Assembly (NCBI RefSeq): GCF_000027125.1
Contig: NC_017626.1
Origin: Escherichia coli 042
GTDB lineage: Bacteria > Pseudomonadota > Gammaproteobacteria > Enterobacterales > Enterobacteriaceae
DNA: 64,000 nt
Reading direction: 5' to 3' (one strand)
This document shows positions 47,378-62,161 of this stretch, in pieces (the stretch's first letter is position 1; each line of letters begins with the position of its first letter). Made by a program: the position numbers and the translations under genes. The notes under the pieces were generated by a model. The model saw nothing but the letters and a program-made list of their open reading frames with translations, was not told where the DNA came from and made no database searches.

Positions 47378-48742
47378 ATGTCTTTCGATTCTTTGGGTTT
47401 AAGCCCTGATATCCTGCGCGCCGTTGCCGAGCAGGGTTACCGTGAACCCACCCCTATTCAGCAGCAGGCGATCCCTGCGGTGCTGGAAGGCCGCGACCTG
47501 ATGGCCAGTGCCCAGACCGGCACCGGCAAAACAGCGGGCTTTACGCTGCCGCTGTTGCAACACCTGATCACTCGCCAGCCGCACGCCAAAGGGCGTCGTC
47601 CGGTACGTGCGCTCATTCTTACCCCGACCCGTGAACTGGCTGCGCAGATTGGCGAAAACGTCCGTGATTACAGCAAATACCTGAACATTCGTTCGCTGGT
47701 GGTGTTTGGTGGTGTGAGTATTAACCCGCAGATGATGAAACTGCGTGGCGGCGTTGATGTGCTGGTGGCAACGCCGGGACGTTTGCTGGACCTGGAACAT
47801 CAGAATGCAGTGAAGCTGGATCAGGTTGAAATTCTCGTCCTCGATGAAGCTGACCGCATGCTCGATATGGGCTTTATCCACGATATCCGTCGTGTGTTGA
47901 CTAAGCTGCCAGCGAAGCGCCAGAACCTGTTGTTCTCCGCCACTTTCTCTGACGATATTAAAAACCTGGCGGAAAAACTGCTGCACAACCCGCTGGAAAT
48001 CGAAGTGTCACGCCGCAATACCGCGTCTGATCAGGTGACCCAGCATGTTCACTTTGTTGATAAGAAACGCAAACGCGAATTGCTGTCGCACATGATTGGG
48101 AAAGGGAACTGGCAGCAGGTGCTGGTGTTTACCCGTACCAAACACGGCGCTAACCATCTGGCGGAACAGCTCAATAAAGATGGCATCCGTAGTGCGGCGA
48201 TCCACGGTAATAAATCGCAAGGTGCGCGTACCCGTGCGCTGGCTGATTTTAAATCGGGCGATATTCGTGTACTGGTGGCAACTGACATCGCTGCGCGCGG
48301 TCTGGATATCGAAGAGTTGCCGCACGTCGTCAACTATGAACTGCCAAACGTACCGGAAGATTATGTCCACCGTATCGGGCGTACCGGTCGTGCGGCTGCT
48401 ACCGGTGAAGCGTTGTCGCTGGTGTGTGTTGATGAACACAAACTGCTGCGTGATATCGAAAAACTGCTGAAAAAAGAGATCCCGCGCATTGCGATTCCGG
48501 GCTATGAGCCGGACCCGTCAATCAAAGCCGAACCGATCCAGAACGGTCGCCAGCAACGTGGCGGCGGCGGTCGTGGGCAAGGTGGTGGTCGCGGTCAACA
48601 GCAACCACGCCGTGGAGAAGGTGGCGCAAAATCTGCAAGCGCTAAACCTGGAGAAAAACCGTCTCGTCGCCTCGGCGATGCCAAACCGGCAGGCGAACAA
48701 CAACGTCGCCGCCGTCCGCGTAAACCTGCCGCTGCGCAGTAA
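47378..48742 (+). CDS. rhlE: ATP-dependent DEAD-box RNA helicase
   Basis: 454-aa ORF with DEAD motif and RGG-rich C-terminal tail. Confidence 0.95.
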   Translation: MSFDSLGLSPDILRAVAEQGYREPTPIQQQAIPAVLEGRDLMASAQTGTGKTAGFTLPLLQHLITRQPHAKGRRPVRALILTPTRELAAQIGENVRDYSKYLNIRSLVVFGGVSINPQMMKLRGGVDVLVATPGRLLDLEHQNAVKLDQVEILVLDEADRMLDMGFIHDIRRVLTKLPAKRQNLLFSATFSDDIKNLAEKLLHNPLEIEVSRRNTASDQVTQHVHFVDKKRKRELLSHMIGKGNWQQVLVFTRTKHGANHLAEQLNKDGIRSAAIHGNKSQGARTRALADFKSGDIRVLVATDIAARGLDIEELPHVVNYELPNVPEDYVHRIGRTGRAAATGEALSLVCVDEHKLLRDIEKLLKKEIPRIAIPGYEPDPSIKAEPIQNGRQQRGGGGRGQGGGRGQQQPRRGEGGAKSASAKPGEKPSRRLGDAKPAGEQQRRRRPRKPAAAQ

Positions 48743-48796
48743 TCTTTTGATGCCGGGCTATGCCCGGCAACTGAGCCTGATGGCAAACGCAAAACT

Positions 48797-48895
48797 GCCT
48801 GATGCGCTACGCTTATCAGGCCTACATGAACTCTGCAATATATTGAATTTGCATGCTTTTGTAGGCCGGATAAGGCGTTTGCGCCGCATCCGGCA
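48797..48895. repeat. REP/BIME element pair downstream of rhlE
   Basis: GCCTGATGCGCTACGCTTATCAGGCCTAC and GTAGGCCGGATAAGGCGTTTGCGCCGCATCCGGCA. Confidence 0.75.
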
Positions 48896-48977
48896 TTTCA
48901 CAACAAGCACTTGTCAGCAATTTGAGAACGCGGCAAAAAGATTTCTCTGTTTTATCGCCCATAAGTCACCCGAGATG

Positions 48978-49460
48978 TTACTTCTCTATAGCCAATTGTT
49001 CACGCAACTCCATTAAAAGGTAGCCCAGTCGATTCTTGCCCTTACCATTACCACCGTCTCCCCAGTAAGCATCATTTTCCGTATGCTCAACCAGTTTTGC
49101 GGACGCGGTTGCCAGCAAGAGCGCACGCAGTTCTGCATGTTGTTCGAATTTAGCGCGAAGCGCTTTTCGCATCACCTGTTCTTTGACCGACTCCCAGTTT
49201 TTACGAAGTGGCTTGGAACGATCACGCCCCATGCGAGCGGCGACCATAGGGGAAGAAACCCGACGGATCTCTTCGCGGTATTTTTCATCAAGGAATTTTT
49301 GTGCCTGGAAATAGTGTTCTGAGGTGGGCCAGGTTTTCCCGTCAACCTTAATGGGCCAGGCGGCAAAGTTAGAAAAATCACCGTAGTCATCGCCGGTGCT
49401 GTAGAAATTTATGGTGGTGTCTTGCATGACGTGTTGGATCCTTTGTGCTCGAACGGGCAT
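48978..49460 (-). CDS. ybiA: N-glycosidase YbiA (DUF1768)
   Basis: 160-aa ORF; synteny. Confidence 0.8.
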   Translation of the reverse strand: MPVRAQRIQHVMQDTTINFYSTGDDYGDFSNFAAWPIKVDGKTWPTSEHYFQAQKFLDEKYREEIRRVSSPMVAARMGRDRSKPLRKNWESVKEQVMRKALRAKFEQHAELRALLLATASAKLVEHTENDAYWGDGGNGKGKNRLGYLLMELREQLAIEK

Positions 49461-49545
49461 TAAACCGCATTATGTTGGTGGTTATTGCGAGTCGCTTTCC
49501 AGAAACAGAAAAACCATTACCCCTGAAAACCGAAAAATGCCACAA

Positions 49546-49565
49546 TATTGGCTGTTTATACAGTA
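49546..49565. promoter_or_regulatory. LexA (SOS) box of dinG
   Basis: TATTGGCTGTTTATACAGTA immediately upstream of the dinG start. Confidence 0.8.
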
Positions 49566-49579
49566 TTTCAGGTTTTCTC

Positions 49580-51730
49580 ATGGCATTAACCGCCGCGCTT
49601 AAAGCGCAAATTGCCGCCTGGTATAAGGCGCTTCAGGAACAGATCCCCGACTTTATTCCCCGTGCGCCGCAGCGGCAGATGATTGCGGACGTCGCCAAAA
49701 CGCTGGCCGGAGAAGAAGGGCGGCATCTGGCGATTGAAGCTCCCACCGGCGTTGGGAAAACGCTCTCCTATTTGATCCCCGGCATCGCCATTGCCCGCGA
49801 AGAGCAAAAAACGCTGGTGGTGAGTACCGCCAACGTGGCGTTGCAGGATCAGATTTACAGCAAAGATTTACCGCTGCTGAAAAAGATCATTCCCGATCTT
49901 AAATTCACTGCCGCTTTTGGGCGTGGGCGCTACGTTTGCCCGCGTAATCTGACGGCGCTTGCCAGTACTGAACCCACGCAACAGGATCTGCTGGCGTTTC
50001 TTGACGACGAACTGACGCCAAATAATCAGGAAGAGCAAAAACGTTGTGCGAAACTTAAGGGCGATCTCGATACTTATAAATGGGATGGTCTGCGCGATCA
50101 TACGGATATTGCTATAGATGACGATCTCTGGCGTCGTTTAAGTACCGACAAAGCCAGCTGCCTCAACCGCAACTGTTATTACTATCGCGAATGCCCGTTT
50201 TTTGTCGCTCGTCGGGAGATTCAGGAAGCGGAAGTGGTGGTGGCAAACCATGCGCTGGTGATGGCGGCGATGGAAAGCGAAGCCGTATTGCCTGACCCGA
50301 AAAATTTACTGCTGGTGCTGGACGAAGGTCATCACCTGCCGGATGTGGCGCGGGATGCGCTGGAGATGAGCGCCGAAATCACCGCGCCCTGGTATCGGCT
50401 GCAACTGGACTTGTTCACGAAACTGGTCGCTACCTGTATGGAGCAGTTTCGCCCGAAGACCATCCCACCGCTGGCGATCCCCGAGCGTTTGAATGCGCAT
50501 TGTGAAGAGTTGTATGAGCTTATCGCCTCGTTAAACAACATTCTCAATCTCTACATGCCTGCCGGGCAGGAGGCAGAACACCGTTTTGCGATGGGCGAAC
50601 TACCTGATGAAGTGCTGGAGATCTGCCAGCGGCTGGCAAAACTCACCGAGATGCTGCGTGGTCTGGCGGAGTTATTTCTTAACGATTTAAGTGAGAAAAC
50701 CGGCAGCCATGACATTGTACGTCTGCATCGGTTGATTTTGCAGATGAACCGCGCGCTGGGGATGTTCGAGGCGCAAAGCAAACTCTGGCGGCTGGCGTCT
50801 CTGGCGCAATCTTCCGGTGCGCCGGTGACCAAATGGGCGACGCGGGAAGAGCGCGAAGGGCAGCTACATCTCTGGTTTCACTGTGTGGGTATTCGTGTCA
50901 GCGATCAGCTGGAAAGGCTGCTGTGGCGCAGTATTCCGCACATTATTATCACTTCCGCGACCTTACGTTCGCTGAACAGTTTTTCGCGTTTGCAGGAGAT
51001 GAGCGGGCTGAAAGAGAAAGCGGGCGACCGTTTTGTGGCGCTGGATTCCCCCTTTAACCACTGCGAACAGGGCAAAATTGTTATTCCCCGGATGCGCGTT
51101 GAGCCTTCCATCGACAACGAAGAGCAGCACATTGCTGAAATGGCAGCCTTTTTCCGTGAGCAGGTGGAGAGCAAAAAACATCTCGGTATGTTGGTACTGT
51201 TTGCCAGCGGACGGGCGATGCAGCGGTTTCTCGACTATGTGACGGATTTACGCCTGATGTTGCTGGTGCAGGGCGATCAGCCGCGTTATCGCTTAGTTGA
51301 ACTGCACCGCAAACGCGTTGCCAACGGTGAGCGTAGTGTGCTGGTGGGCTTACAGTCCTTTGCCGAAGGACTTGATTTGAAAGGTGATCTGCTCAGCCAG
51401 GTGCATATCCACAAAATCGCTTTTCCGCCCATCGACAGCCCGGTGGTGATCACCGAAGGGGAATGGCTGAAAAGCCTCAACCGCTATCCGTTTGAGGTGC
51501 AAAGCCTGCCGAGTGCCTCGTTTAACCTGATTCAGCAGGTTGGGCGACTGATTCGAAGCCACGGTTGCTGGGGCGAAGTGGTGATTTACGATAAACGCTT
51601 GCTCACCAAAAACTACGGCAAGCGGCTACTGGATGCATTACCGGTATTTCCGATAGAGCAACCGGAAGTCCCTGAAGGTATAGTTAAAAAGAAAGAAAAA
51701 ACGAAATCCCCACGCCGTCGGCGGCGTTAA
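49580..51730 (+). CDS. dinG: ATP-dependent DNA helicase DinG
   Basis: 716-aa product from MALTAALKAQIAAWYK; the track ORF has a 5' extension across the SOS box. Confidence 0.9.
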   Translation: MALTAALKAQIAAWYKALQEQIPDFIPRAPQRQMIADVAKTLAGEEGRHLAIEAPTGVGKTLSYLIPGIAIAREEQKTLVVSTANVALQDQIYSKDLPLLKKIIPDLKFTAAFGRGRYVCPRNLTALASTEPTQQDLLAFLDDELTPNNQEEQKRCAKLKGDLDTYKWDGLRDHTDIAIDDDLWRRLSTDKASCLNRNCYYYRECPFFVARREIQEAEVVVANHALVMAAMESEAVLPDPKNLLLVLDEGHHLPDVARDALEMSAEITAPWYRLQLDLFTKLVATCMEQFRPKTIPPLAIPERLNAHCEELYELIASLNNILNLYMPAGQEAEHRFAMGELPDEVLEICQRLAKLTEMLRGLAELFLNDLSEKTGSHDIVRLHRLILQMNRALGMFEAQSKLWRLASLAQSSGAPVTKWATREEREGQLHLWFHCVGIRVSDQLERLLWRSIPHIIITSATLRSLNSFSRLQEMSGLKEKAGDRFVALDSPFNHCEQGKIVIPRMRVEPSIDNEEQHIAEMAAFFREQVESKKHLGMLVLFASGRAMQRFLDYVTDLRLMLLVQGDQPRYRLVELHRKRVANGERSVLVGLQSFAEGLDLKGDLLSQVHIHKIAFPPIDSPVVITEGEWLKSLNRYPFEVQSLPSASFNLIQQVGRLIRSHGCWGEVVIYDKRLLTKNYGKRLLDALPVFPIEQPEVPEGIVKKKEKTKSPRRRRR

Positions 51731-51757
51731 TGATGTGAGTCAGGTAAGGAGTCGTAA

Positions 51758-53944
<2,187 letters not shown>

Positions 53945-53946
<2 letters not shown>

Positions 53947-53974
53947 AAAAAAGCCCGTCCAGTGGCGGACGGGC
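53945..53974. terminator. Hairpin with 5' A-tract between ybiC and ybiJ (terminator-like, probably acting on the minus strand or bidirectionally)
   Basis: AAAAAAAA-GCCCGTCC-AGTGGC-GGACGGGC. Confidence 0.4.
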
Positions 53975-54085
53975 AAACAAGGGTAACATAGGATCAATGA
54001 GGGTTAGAGCATATGCGTCTGTCGGCAAACAGACAGGGAAATACTTGTGCTGGACGTAGCGTAAACGCCTGATCCGGCTTACGAA

Positions 54086-54346
54086 TTACTTATAAATTAC
54101 CGCAGTACCGCTTAATTTATTGTTGTTGGTGGCAGAAGTGATGCTGTATCCACTCGCCCCAGCTGCCGCAGCTTTCTCAGCCAGTTTCGCTTCCAGGGCA
54201 TCGAGGGTGGATGCGCCATCGGCAGAAACCACGCCGATTTTATTCATGTTCTGTGCCTGGGATGCCGTTACCGGTTCCGCGGCAAACACGCCAAATGACA
54301 GAGTTGAAAGAGCCATAGCAGCAACAACAGTATTTATAGTTTTCAT
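54086..54346 (-). CDS. ybiJ: YhcN/DUF1471 family periplasmic protein
   Basis: 86-aa ORF with signal peptide; paralogue of mcbA. Confidence 0.85.
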   Translation of the reverse strand: MKTINTVVAAMALSTLSFGVFAAEPVTASQAQNMNKIGVVSADGASTLDALEAKLAEKAAAAGASGYSITSATNNNKLSGTAVIYK

Positions 54347-54610
54347 AATTAATCTCTCGCAGGTGATTTTTGTATAAGTGACGTTGTTTCGTCGAGGTGA
54401 TGAGTATCACGTTTTTTTTCGAGAGATAAAATCGAAGAGAATTGACCGCCTTGTTCAAATAAATTGATTGATATCTAACGTACTGATAATCCATTTATTT
54501 GTTGAACTTATGGACTTGTTTTATGCAGCGTGGCAGTCACGACAGCGTTAAAGGCACGGAATGCCACGCAAAATAAAAATTATACTCGCTATACATCCCG
54601 CCAGTTGTAG

Positions 54611-54877
54611 TTAACGTAACTGGCTGTCTTTCGAACCTCTGCGATTATATCCTGTATAAGCTGGTTTTTGTAAATCTTTCTCCTGCTGACAATGAATGCA
54701 TAAGCGCACGCCAGGAATGGCTTCCCGACGGGCCTGCGGGATAGGTGCGCCGCACTCTTCACATTCATACAGGCTTTCACCACGCGGAATTTCACCCCGA
54801 GCGCGGGCAATCGCATCTTCAATTGTACTGTTGATCTGTTCGTTGACGGCGTCATCGTTAGCCCAACCGGATGCCAT
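54611..54877 (-). CDS. ybiI: DksA/TraR-type C4 zinc-finger protein
   Basis: 88-aa ORF with CxxC-N17-CxxC. Confidence 0.8.
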   Translation of the reverse strand: MASGWANDDAVNEQINSTIEDAIARARGEIPRGESLYECEECGAPIPQARREAIPGVRLCIHCQQEKDLQKPAYTGYNRRGSKDSQLR

Positions 54878-54950
54878 ATCGTCCTCCCCATATCAATACT
54901 TGTACAGTTAAGTGTAGCTAATATAGGGACGAACTCGGGCAGTTCAAGCG

Positions 54951-55628
54951 TCAGATCTCCGACCATTCCCGCAGCAGATTATGATAAAGATTGAGCAGCG
55001 ACAGGATCTCTTCACTTTCGCCGTAGCGGCTTTTCAGCGACTGAATATTGTTGTCCAGTTCAAACAGCATGGTGCGCTTTTTATCATCGCGGATCATCGA
55101 CTGGATCCACATAAATGATGCCACTCGTACGCCGCGGGTTACGGGCGTCACGCAATGCAGGCTGCTGGAGGGATACAACACCAGATCGCCTGCCGGAAGT
55201 TTTACCCGATGTTGCCCGAAGGTGTCATTAACGACCAGTTCGCCGCCGTCGTAGCTTTGTGGATCGCTTAAAAACAGCGTGGCAGAAAGGTCAGTGCGCA
55301 TCCAGCCGTTTTGTGGGTGACTGCGTACTGCGCCATCCACATGAAAACCATAGGTTTCATTGTTCTGATAGCGATTAAACAGCGGCGTGGAAAGGGTACG
55401 CGGTAAGGCCGCGGCAAAGAACAAAGCATGTTGGTTAACCGCGTTCAGCACCTCATTTTGCAGGGCGGCGTATAACGTGCTGCGGGTGTCTACCTGTTGA
55501 TTGTTCTTAACTTGCGCACCTTGTGCGCCGGTGGTGACGCGTCCATCCACCCATTCGGCTTGTTCCAGTTGTTCGCGAAAACGGGCGACGTCCTGTGGCG
55601 ATAGCACGCCGGGAATGTGGTACATCAT
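54951..55628 (-). CDS. ybiX: PKHD-type Fe(II)/2-oxoglutarate hydroxylase
   Basis: Start at [17 protein letters not shown]; operon with fiu. Confidence 0.8.
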   Translation of the reverse strand: MMYHIPGVLSPQDVARFREQLEQAEWVDGRVTTGAQGAQVKNNQQVDTRSTLYAALQNEVLNAVNQHALFFAAALPRTLSTPLFNRYQNNETYGFHVDGAVRSHPQNGWMRTDLSATLFLSDPQSYDGGELVVNDTFGQHRVKLPAGDLVLYPSSSLHCVTPVTRGVRVASFMWIQSMIRDDKKRTMLFELDNNIQSLKSRYGESEEILSLLNLYHNLLREWSEI

Positions 55629-55669
55629 ACAAGTTCTCCAAAAAGTGGGGCCTGCGCCCCACATCTCAA

Positions 55670-57952
55670 TCAGAAATGCATATTGGCCGTGAGCAGGAAG
55701 GTTCTTGGCTCGCCCGGGTGATAACGGTAGCCGCTCTTGTTGATTGAGGCGACGTAATCGGTATCAAACAGGTTGTAGACGTTTAGCTGGAAGTCGAGAT
55801 TGCGATTAACCCGATACCCCAGTTTAGCGTCGGCGACCCAGTAACCTTCGGTAAACGCTGGCGTTCCCACCGCGCCGTCAGAACCTTTATGCATACTGCC
55901 GATATAGCGTGCGCCCGCACCAACGGAAATATCATCGGTTGCCTGATACTGGCTCCATAAGGTAAAGGCGTGCTCCGGGGTATACGGCAGCGATGAGGAA
56001 CCATCCTGGGCAACATCTTTGCCGTTTTTGATGGTTGCTTTTTGCTGGGTATAGCCGCCAATCACCTGCCACGCGGGAGTGATATTCCCGGCCACGGATA
56101 TCTCATAGCCTTCGACGCGTTTCTTACCGTATTGCGAGTAAGTTCCGTCATCATTTTGCTCAACTTCATTTTCGATATCAGTACGGAACAGCGCGGCGGT
56201 GAGCAACAGGCGTTTATCCAGAACCTGCCATTTGGTGCCAATCTCGCTGGTGTTGGCTTTTTGCGGTTTAAAATCGGTGCGGTTGGCACTGTTACCGCTG
56301 CCAGACTGCGCAAGGGCGAAGTTGTTGCCGCCCGGAGGTTGCTGGGAAACGGCATAGTTAATATAGACATTGCCGTTTTCCGTCAGGTGATACAGCGCCC
56401 CGGCTTTCCAGTTCACCAGATTGCCCGACTTAGCGGTATCGACGGTGGTGACCGGAGAACCTTTTGCCATGCCAGCAGGGCAGGTGATGGCACCGCGTCC
56501 GCTGCCGCCGCAGGCGGTGGCACTGTCATATTCAGTATGATAATTATCCAGACGGATCCCGCCGTTCAGCTCAAAATCACGGGTGATTTGCAGCGTATCG
56601 AAGGCGTAAATTGCGAAGGTATCCGTCTGACCATTGGCGTTTGCGCCGTTGCGCGTCAGGCCGCCGGGATGAATGCTGCTGTCAGGATGATAAATATTTA
56701 CCGCAGGTAACGTCACCGGATTAACGCCGTAGTTAGTCTGCGTTTCACGGGTAAATTCCACGCCGGTACTGACATCATGACCGATAGAACCGGTATAGAA
56801 CGTCGAGGTCAGGTTGGTCTGGTTGGTGAGAATTTTATTACTCACATCTTTGGTATTCGCCGTGCGTGACCAGGTCCAGCTATTCACATCGCTGGTGGGC
56901 TGGGTAATATTCGACGCCCCGCCCATAATCGCCGTCATCAGGTAATCCTGCTTCACGCGCGACCAACGGGTAGTATTGCGAATGGTGGTGTTATCGTTGA
57001 TGTCGTGCTCAAAACGCATGGTAGCGGTGTCGGTGGTCGAATCGTCGTAATCGGAATCCGTGCCGTAAAAGTTATGAGTATCAACTTTTCCGGAATGATT
57101 CAGGGCCGCTGTTCCCGCAGATGGGGCAGAATAGCCCGGCAAACCGATAGTCGGAATGCCACCGTCTGGCGTGTTGTGCTGGGTGACATGCAGATAATTA
57201 AGATACAAACGATTCGCTGTACCAAGGCCAAAAGCGACAGAAGGGGCGACGCCGTAACGCTCATTTTTGACTTTGTCGCGTCCGGCATCGTGCGTTTTTT
57301 CACCCATCACGTTCAGGCGCACCGCAGTGGTATCACCAATGACCTGATTGACGTCCAGCGTGCCGCGGCGGAACCAGGCGCTGCCAATACTGGCGGAGGC
57401 GTCAATGCCCGAATCATTGCGCGGCTGCTTGCTGATCATATTGATCGAGCCCGTCGGTGCGCTGCGCCCGTAGTCGGTGCCGGACGGCCCTTTAATCACT
57501 TCGACCTGCTCGGTATTGAAGGTGTCGCGCGAGACGCTGCCGATATCGCGAATGCCATCAATATAAATACTGTTAGAGGTATCGGCACCACGCATATAAA
57601 TGGCGTCGCCAGTGGTGGAGTTACCGTTCTCACCCGCAAAAAACGCACCCACGCCGGGGACGTTTTTGAGCGCGTCGGTAAGGTTGGTTGCGCCCTGATC
57701 TTTAATCACTTGTTCAGAAATCACCGTCATCGTGCGGGTAGTATCCGCTACCGGACGCGAGAATTTCGGATCAGCAGATTGTTGTGGCGCATAAAGCGAA
57801 GGCGTTGATGCTTCGACAACCAGCGTGTCATCCGCGTTAGCTTGCCCTTCGGCGGCGAGTGCCTGAGCCACAGGCGTGATGCTAATACAAAGACCAGCAA
57901 AGAACGTGAGCGAATGAAATTGTCTGGCAGGGAAATTGCGATTGTTTTCCAT
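55670..57952 (-). CDS. fiu: TonB-dependent catecholate siderophore receptor
   Basis: 760-aa ORF with signal peptide, TonB box region and C-terminal aromatic residue (ends ...ANMHF). Confidence 0.9.
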   Translation of the reverse strand: MENNRNFPARQFHSLTFFAGLCISITPVAQALAAEGQANADDTLVVEASTPSLYAPQQSADPKFSRPVADTTRTMTVISEQVIKDQGATNLTDALKNVPGVGAFFAGENGNSTTGDAIYMRGADTSNSIYIDGIRDIGSVSRDTFNTEQVEVIKGPSGTDYGRSAPTGSINMISKQPRNDSGIDASASIGSAWFRRGTLDVNQVIGDTTAVRLNVMGEKTHDAGRDKVKNERYGVAPSVAFGLGTANRLYLNYLHVTQHNTPDGGIPTIGLPGYSAPSAGTAALNHSGKVDTHNFYGTDSDYDDSTTDTATMRFEHDINDNTTIRNTTRWSRVKQDYLMTAIMGGASNITQPTSDVNSWTWSRTANTKDVSNKILTNQTNLTSTFYTGSIGHDVSTGVEFTRETQTNYGVNPVTLPAVNIYHPDSSIHPGGLTRNGANANGQTDTFAIYAFDTLQITRDFELNGGIRLDNYHTEYDSATACGGSGRGAITCPAGMAKGSPVTTVDTAKSGNLVNWKAGALYHLTENGNVYINYAVSQQPPGGNNFALAQSGSGNSANRTDFKPQKANTSEIGTKWQVLDKRLLLTAALFRTDIENEVEQNDDGTYSQYGKKRVEGYEISVAGNITPAWQVIGGYTQQKATIKNGKDVAQDGSSSLPYTPEHAFTLWSQYQATDDISVGAGARYIGSMHKGSDGAVGTPAFTEGYWVADAKLGYRVNRNLDFQLNVYNLFDTDYVASINKSGYRYHPGEPRTFLLTANMHF

Positions 57953-58056
57953 TTTGCAGGTGACTTTTTCTTATATGTTGAAATTTTCACTGTCACGAGA
58001 AAGCCTCTCTGCGGATGCGATGCCACTGTTAATCTCGTGATAGCGTTCGTGCAAGT

Positions 58057-58083
58057 GATAATAATTTTGATAAGCATTATCAC
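58057..58083. promoter_or_regulatory. Putative Fur box upstream of fiu
   Basis: GATAATAATTTTGATAAGCATTATCAC resembles GATAATGATAATCATTATC. Confidence 0.6.
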
Positions 58084-58216
58084 TTGGCGCGATTTTCTAT
58101 CACCCATTGCGCGAAAAAGAAATACATTTATTTACATTGCGTTCATATTTGATGTTTTTTGATTACAAAACAGGCGAAAACTGCATCCAGAGGCGAATGC
58201 AGTTACGTTGGTGGGG

Positions 58217-58477
58217 TTATTTGTAGATGGTTGCAGTACCGAACATCTGGTCATTTCCGCCCGCGGAATTAATGACATAACCTTTCGCGCCTTGCTCGCG
58301 CGCTTTTTCTGCCAGTTTATCCTCCAGATCGCTTAGGTTTGATGCGCCAGTTGCCGAAACGGTACCGGCGGGCCGTAGCTGACCGCTGTCCAGGTTACTC
58401 ATCGGTTGCGCGGCATAAGCCGTGAGAGAGATTCCGCTCAGGACGGTGGCAATCAGTAGTGTGAGGCACTTTTTCAT
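58217..58477 (-). CDS. mcbA: YhcN/DUF1471 family periplasmic protein
   Basis: 86-aa product from MKKCLTLLIATVLSGISLTAYA; the track ORF has a 5' extension. Confidence 0.8.
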   Translation of the reverse strand: MKKCLTLLIATVLSGISLTAYAAQPMSNLDSGQLRPAGTVSATGASNLSDLEDKLAEKAREQGAKGYVINSAGGNDQMFGTATIYK

Positions 58478-58752
58478 AATGACATCCTCATAAATACAAC
58501 GGGTAGTGCCTGATAAGTGTAGGTCGCCTGGACGAGGAAAATGACGCAAAAAATTGACAGAGATGTGCTTGTTTTTTGAACGATATATTTTTACAAAATA
58601 AGACAAATCAATAACATGCATGATGCTGATTTTTATGGTGAATTGCCATAAACCATAGTCATGTTAAGGTTTTTGGGAATGATAAACGCAGCCAGATATT
58701 TACCCTGTCGCGTTATGCGGGTATCTTACGCCGCTGCTTAAAGGAGAATGCT

Positions 58753-59679
58753 ATGTCCGCCCAGAAACCGGGGTTGCATCCGCGCAACCGTCATCACAGC
58801 CGCTACGATCTCGCCACGCTTTGTCAGGTCAATCCTGAACTCAGGCAATTCCTCACGCTTACACCCGCCGGGGAGCAAAGCGTAGACTTTGCCAATCCGC
58901 TGGCGGTGAAGGCGCTCAATAAGGCGTTGCTGGCCCATTTTTACGCCGTAGCGAACTGGGATATCCCCGACGGTTTTCTCTGCCCGCCAGTACCGGGCCG
59001 GGCGGATTATATTCATCACCTTGCCGATTTACTGGCAGAAGCAAGCGGAACAATTCCAGCTAATGCCAGCATTCTGGATATCGGCGTTGGTGCGAACTGT
59101 ATTTACCCGCTGATTGGCGTACATGAATATGGCTGGCGTTTTACTGGTAGTGAAACCAGCAGCCAGGCGTTAAGCAGTGCGCAGGCGATCATCAGTGCTA
59201 ATCCGGGGCTTAGCCGCGCCATTCGTCTGCGTCGGCAAAAAGAGAGTGGGGCGATTTTTAACGGCATCATCCATAAAAACGAGCAATACGACGCGACCTT
59301 GTGTAACCCGCCATTCCACGATTCCGCCGCTGCGGCACGGGCAGGTAGTGAACGTAAACGCCGTAACTTGGGGCTGAACAAAGACGATGTACTGAACTTT
59401 GGTGGTCAGCAACAGGAGTTGTGGTGTGAAGGCGGTGAAGTCGCTTTTATCAAAAAGATGATTGAAGAGAGCAAAGGCTTCGCGAAGCAGGTGATGTGGT
59501 TTACCTCACTGGTATCTCGTGGTGAAAACTTACCGCCATTGTATCGTGCCCTGACGGACGTTGGCGCGGTGAAGGTGGTTAAAAAAGAGATGGCCCAGGG
59601 GCAAAAGCAGAGTCGCTTTATTGCCTGGACCTTTATGAACGACGAGCAGCGCCGCCGTTTTGTCAATCGCCAACGTTAA
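58753..59679 (+). CDS. rlmF: 23S rRNA m6A1618 methyltransferase
   Basis: 308-aa ORF; synteny. Confidence 0.85.
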   Translation: MSAQKPGLHPRNRHHSRYDLATLCQVNPELRQFLTLTPAGEQSVDFANPLAVKALNKALLAHFYAVANWDIPDGFLCPPVPGRADYIHHLADLLAEASGTIPANASILDIGVGANCIYPLIGVHEYGWRFTGSETSSQALSSAQAIISANPGLSRAIRLRRQKESGAIFNGIIHKNEQYDATLCNPPFHDSAAAARAGSERKRRNLGLNKDDVLNFGGQQQELWCEGGEVAFIKKMIEESKGFAKQVMWFTSLVSRGENLPPLYRALTDVGAVKVVKKEMAQGQKQSRFIAWTFMNDEQRRRFVNRQR

Positions 59680-61901
59680 AGCGTTGGCTCCCCCGGCGGC
59701 AGCGGTTCAGCCGGGGCCGCGCCCGGAGCAGGCAGCACCTGATAAGTCTGCACCGGCGCGCGAACGCCCGCCAGGTCGAAATGTTTTTTCACCTGGCTGT
59801 CGAGGGCAAAGCGGACCGTCCACTGTTTGAGTGGCAGCGTGGTGAACGAAACACGCAGTGTAAATGCGGTATTGCTTAAGCCGACAATCCCGGCAAAGTT
59901 CGGTTCACCGATAATCAACCCGCGAATTTCTTCGTTTTCCATCAATTCAGCTACCGCATCTTTCAGTGCCTGATTGGCTTTATCAGCATCTTCATGGCGA
60001 TCAACATCGTAATTTGCCACCACCGAACCAATGCCGCGGACGAAGTTAGCAAAGGTAGTTATCGAAGACCACGGAATGATGTGATACGCCCCGGTATCCT
60101 GACGCACGCCCACGGAGCGAATCGACATCCGTTCCACAGTACCGGTCAACGGCCCGATAGTCACCAAATCTCCAGTGTTCATGCCGTTTTCAAACTGAAT
60201 AAATACCCCGGTGATAATATCTTTCACCAGCGTTTGCGAACCAAACGAGATAGCCAGACCTAATGCCCCGGCACCTGCCAGCAATGGCGCGATATTGACG
60301 CCGATTTCCGACAACACAATCATGATGGTGATGGTACTGATAATCACCGCCAGCGCGTTACGGAACAGCGTCAGCAGGGTACGCGTACGGGCGCTGGGTA
60401 GTGGGCGGCCATGAATATCCGAAGCCAGCCTGTTTTCGATCAAACTGGCGAGCACCGTCCAGCCAACCGCCGAGAAGAAAAGAATGAGTGCGATACGGAT
60501 CAGGATATCTACGGTTTTCTGCCCCGCACCGTTTTGCAGCCAGTTCCAGAAATCGAACAATCCCCATGCGCTCAACAGCAACATTACCGCCACGCAGACG
60601 GTCAGAATACGCGCCGTTTTCAGCGCCGCCGACAGCCAGCCATTCAACCGTTTTTGCAGCTCCGGATAGTTACGCTGAGTATGTGGCGAGAGAGTGATGG
60701 TTTTCGCCAGCCAGCGGGAAAACATACCGGAAACAAATGCTGCGATACCAATAATCGCCAGGCTGCGCACCGTTGCACCCATCATAAATTTCAGGCTGTT
60801 GCCCGGATCGAACAACGAAAAGAAAAACAGCACGATAAAATAGGCGCTTGCCAGCCAGTGCCACACCAGCGCAAAGGCGCGGATAAACAGGCTGAAAAAG
60901 GCCAGCGAATGCTCCGCGAAGTTGAGCAAATGCTGGGTAATCTCTTTTTTATTACGAAAGATCAGGTACAACGCCCAGACCGTCATGCACAGCATAATGA
61001 TGACGTTCGCCAGCGCACCTATCTGTACATTCACCTGATTAGAGATAATCGGCACGGCCACAATCAGGCCATAGCCAATCAGGCTGCTTAACCAGCTCAG
61101 GCGACGACTCCAGTAACGGGCGCTCTCGTCCTGAATCGTGAACGGGCGCAGCTCCGCCACGTTTGGGCAAAAAATCAGGCGTAGTACAGCTTTGAAAAAT
61201 TCAATCAGGGCAAAGGCGTTGAGAAACAAACTTTGTTGGAAAGCGATGGTGCGACTGCCCGCATTCAGGTTGTCGCTTAAAACCTGACCGACAAATAATG
61301 TCAGTGCCAGTAACAGCAGGTCGATAATAAACGCCCCGATAATCATCGCCGGAAGCTGCAACCAGTTACTGCGCTCACGATTTTTTTGCCGCGCCCACTG
61401 GCCCATTTTGCGATACAGCGGAAGTGCGCACAGGCGAATCAGCCAGTAAAAACCAAACACTAATACCGCTAACATTGAAAAATGGGTCAGCGCATTGCTG
61501 AAGGTTTGTGGATTAAACGGCTTATGCGGGGAGCCGGTGATATTGCGATAAAGTTGCCCGAAGCGGGCGGAAAGGGCTTCACCATAATGGCGGCTGACTT
61601 CGGTGACCTTTTGCAGCACGGTTTGCTCTTCAACCAGCGTCGGCGGCACGATCTTTGGTACCGGTTCCGCAGGGGGCGTAGCGGCGACGGTGCGCAACTG
61701 GTCGATCAATTCTTTACGCGAGGTGTCATTATCCAGCACATCCGCCAGTGCGCCATAGGCCGCTTTTTTTTGTTCGATATCCGGTTCCGGGGCCGGTTCA
61801 GTCGTTGAGTCCGTTGTCGTTGTGGTTGTAACGCCGGGTATGGATACCGCGTGGGCAGGTGCGCCCAGCAGGCAGAAGAGGATGAACAGGATCCACCGCA
61901 T
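59676..61901 (-). CDS. ybiO: MscS-family mechanosensitive channel
   Basis: Start at [18 protein letters not shown] (signal peptide); multi-TM and MscS-like C-terminal domain. Confidence 0.85.
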   Translation of the reverse strand: MRWILFILFCLLGAPAHAVSIPGVTTTTTTDSTTEPAPEPDIEQKKAAYGALADVLDNDTSRKELIDQLRTVAATPPAEPVPKIVPPTLVEEQTVLQKVTEVSRHYGEALSARFGQLYRNITGSPHKPFNPQTFSNALTHFSMLAVLVFGFYWLIRLCALPLYRKMGQWARQKNRERSNWLQLPAMIIGAFIIDLLLLALTLFVGQVLSDNLNAGSRTIAFQQSLFLNAFALIEFFKAVLRLIFCPNVAELRPFTIQDESARYWSRRLSWLSSLIGYGLIVAVPIISNQVNVQIGALANVIIMLCMTVWALYLIFRNKKEITQHLLNFAEHSLAFFSLFIRAFALVWHWLASAYFIVLFFFSLFDPGNSLKFMMGATVRSLAIIGIAAFVSGMFSRWLAKTITLSPHTQRNYPELQKRLNGWLSAALKTARILTVCVAVMLLLSAWGLFDFWNWLQNGAGQKTVDILIRIALILFFSAVGWTVLASLIENRLASDIHGRPLPSARTRTLLTLFRNALAVIISTITIMIVLSEIGVNIAPLLAGAGALGLAISFGSQTLVKDIITGVFIQFENGMNTGDLVTIGPLTGTVERMSIRSVGVRQDTGAYHIIPWSSITTFANFVRGIGSVVANYDVDRHEDADKANQALKDAVAELMENEEIRGLIIGEPNFAGIVGLSNTAFTLRVSFTTLPLKQWTVRFALDSQVKKHFDLAGVRAPVQTYQVLPAPGAAPAEPLPPGEPTL

Positions 61902-62039
61902 GACTCCTCCAGTGAGAAAACAGAGCAAAAAGATAAGTATAGATGCTGGGGGAGGGGCGATTTTAAATGAGAGGAATCTGGTGTGCCTCCCTTTCGGGGG
62001 AAAGGGAGGAAGGGATATTAAGCAGGTTGCTGACAACGT

Positions 62040-62150
62040 GCGGGCTTTTTTGCCGGATGCGGCGTGAACGCCTTATCCGTCCTACAAGTTCATGCAATTT
62101 TAATAAGTTGCCAGATATCCTGTAGGCCTGATAAGCGTAGCGCATCAGGC
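62040..62150. repeat. REP/BIME elements between ybiO and glnQ
   Basis: TGCCGGATGCGGCGTGAACGCCTTATCCGTCCTACA and GTAGGCCTGATAAGCGTAGCGCATCAGGC. Confidence 0.75.
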
Positions 62151-62161
62151 AATGTGTCTTA

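Noticed and set aside
48540-48740. RGG/GGRG-rich repeat near the rhlE 3' end as a repeat element
   Set aside because: It is the in-frame Arg/Gly-rich C-terminal tail of the helicase.
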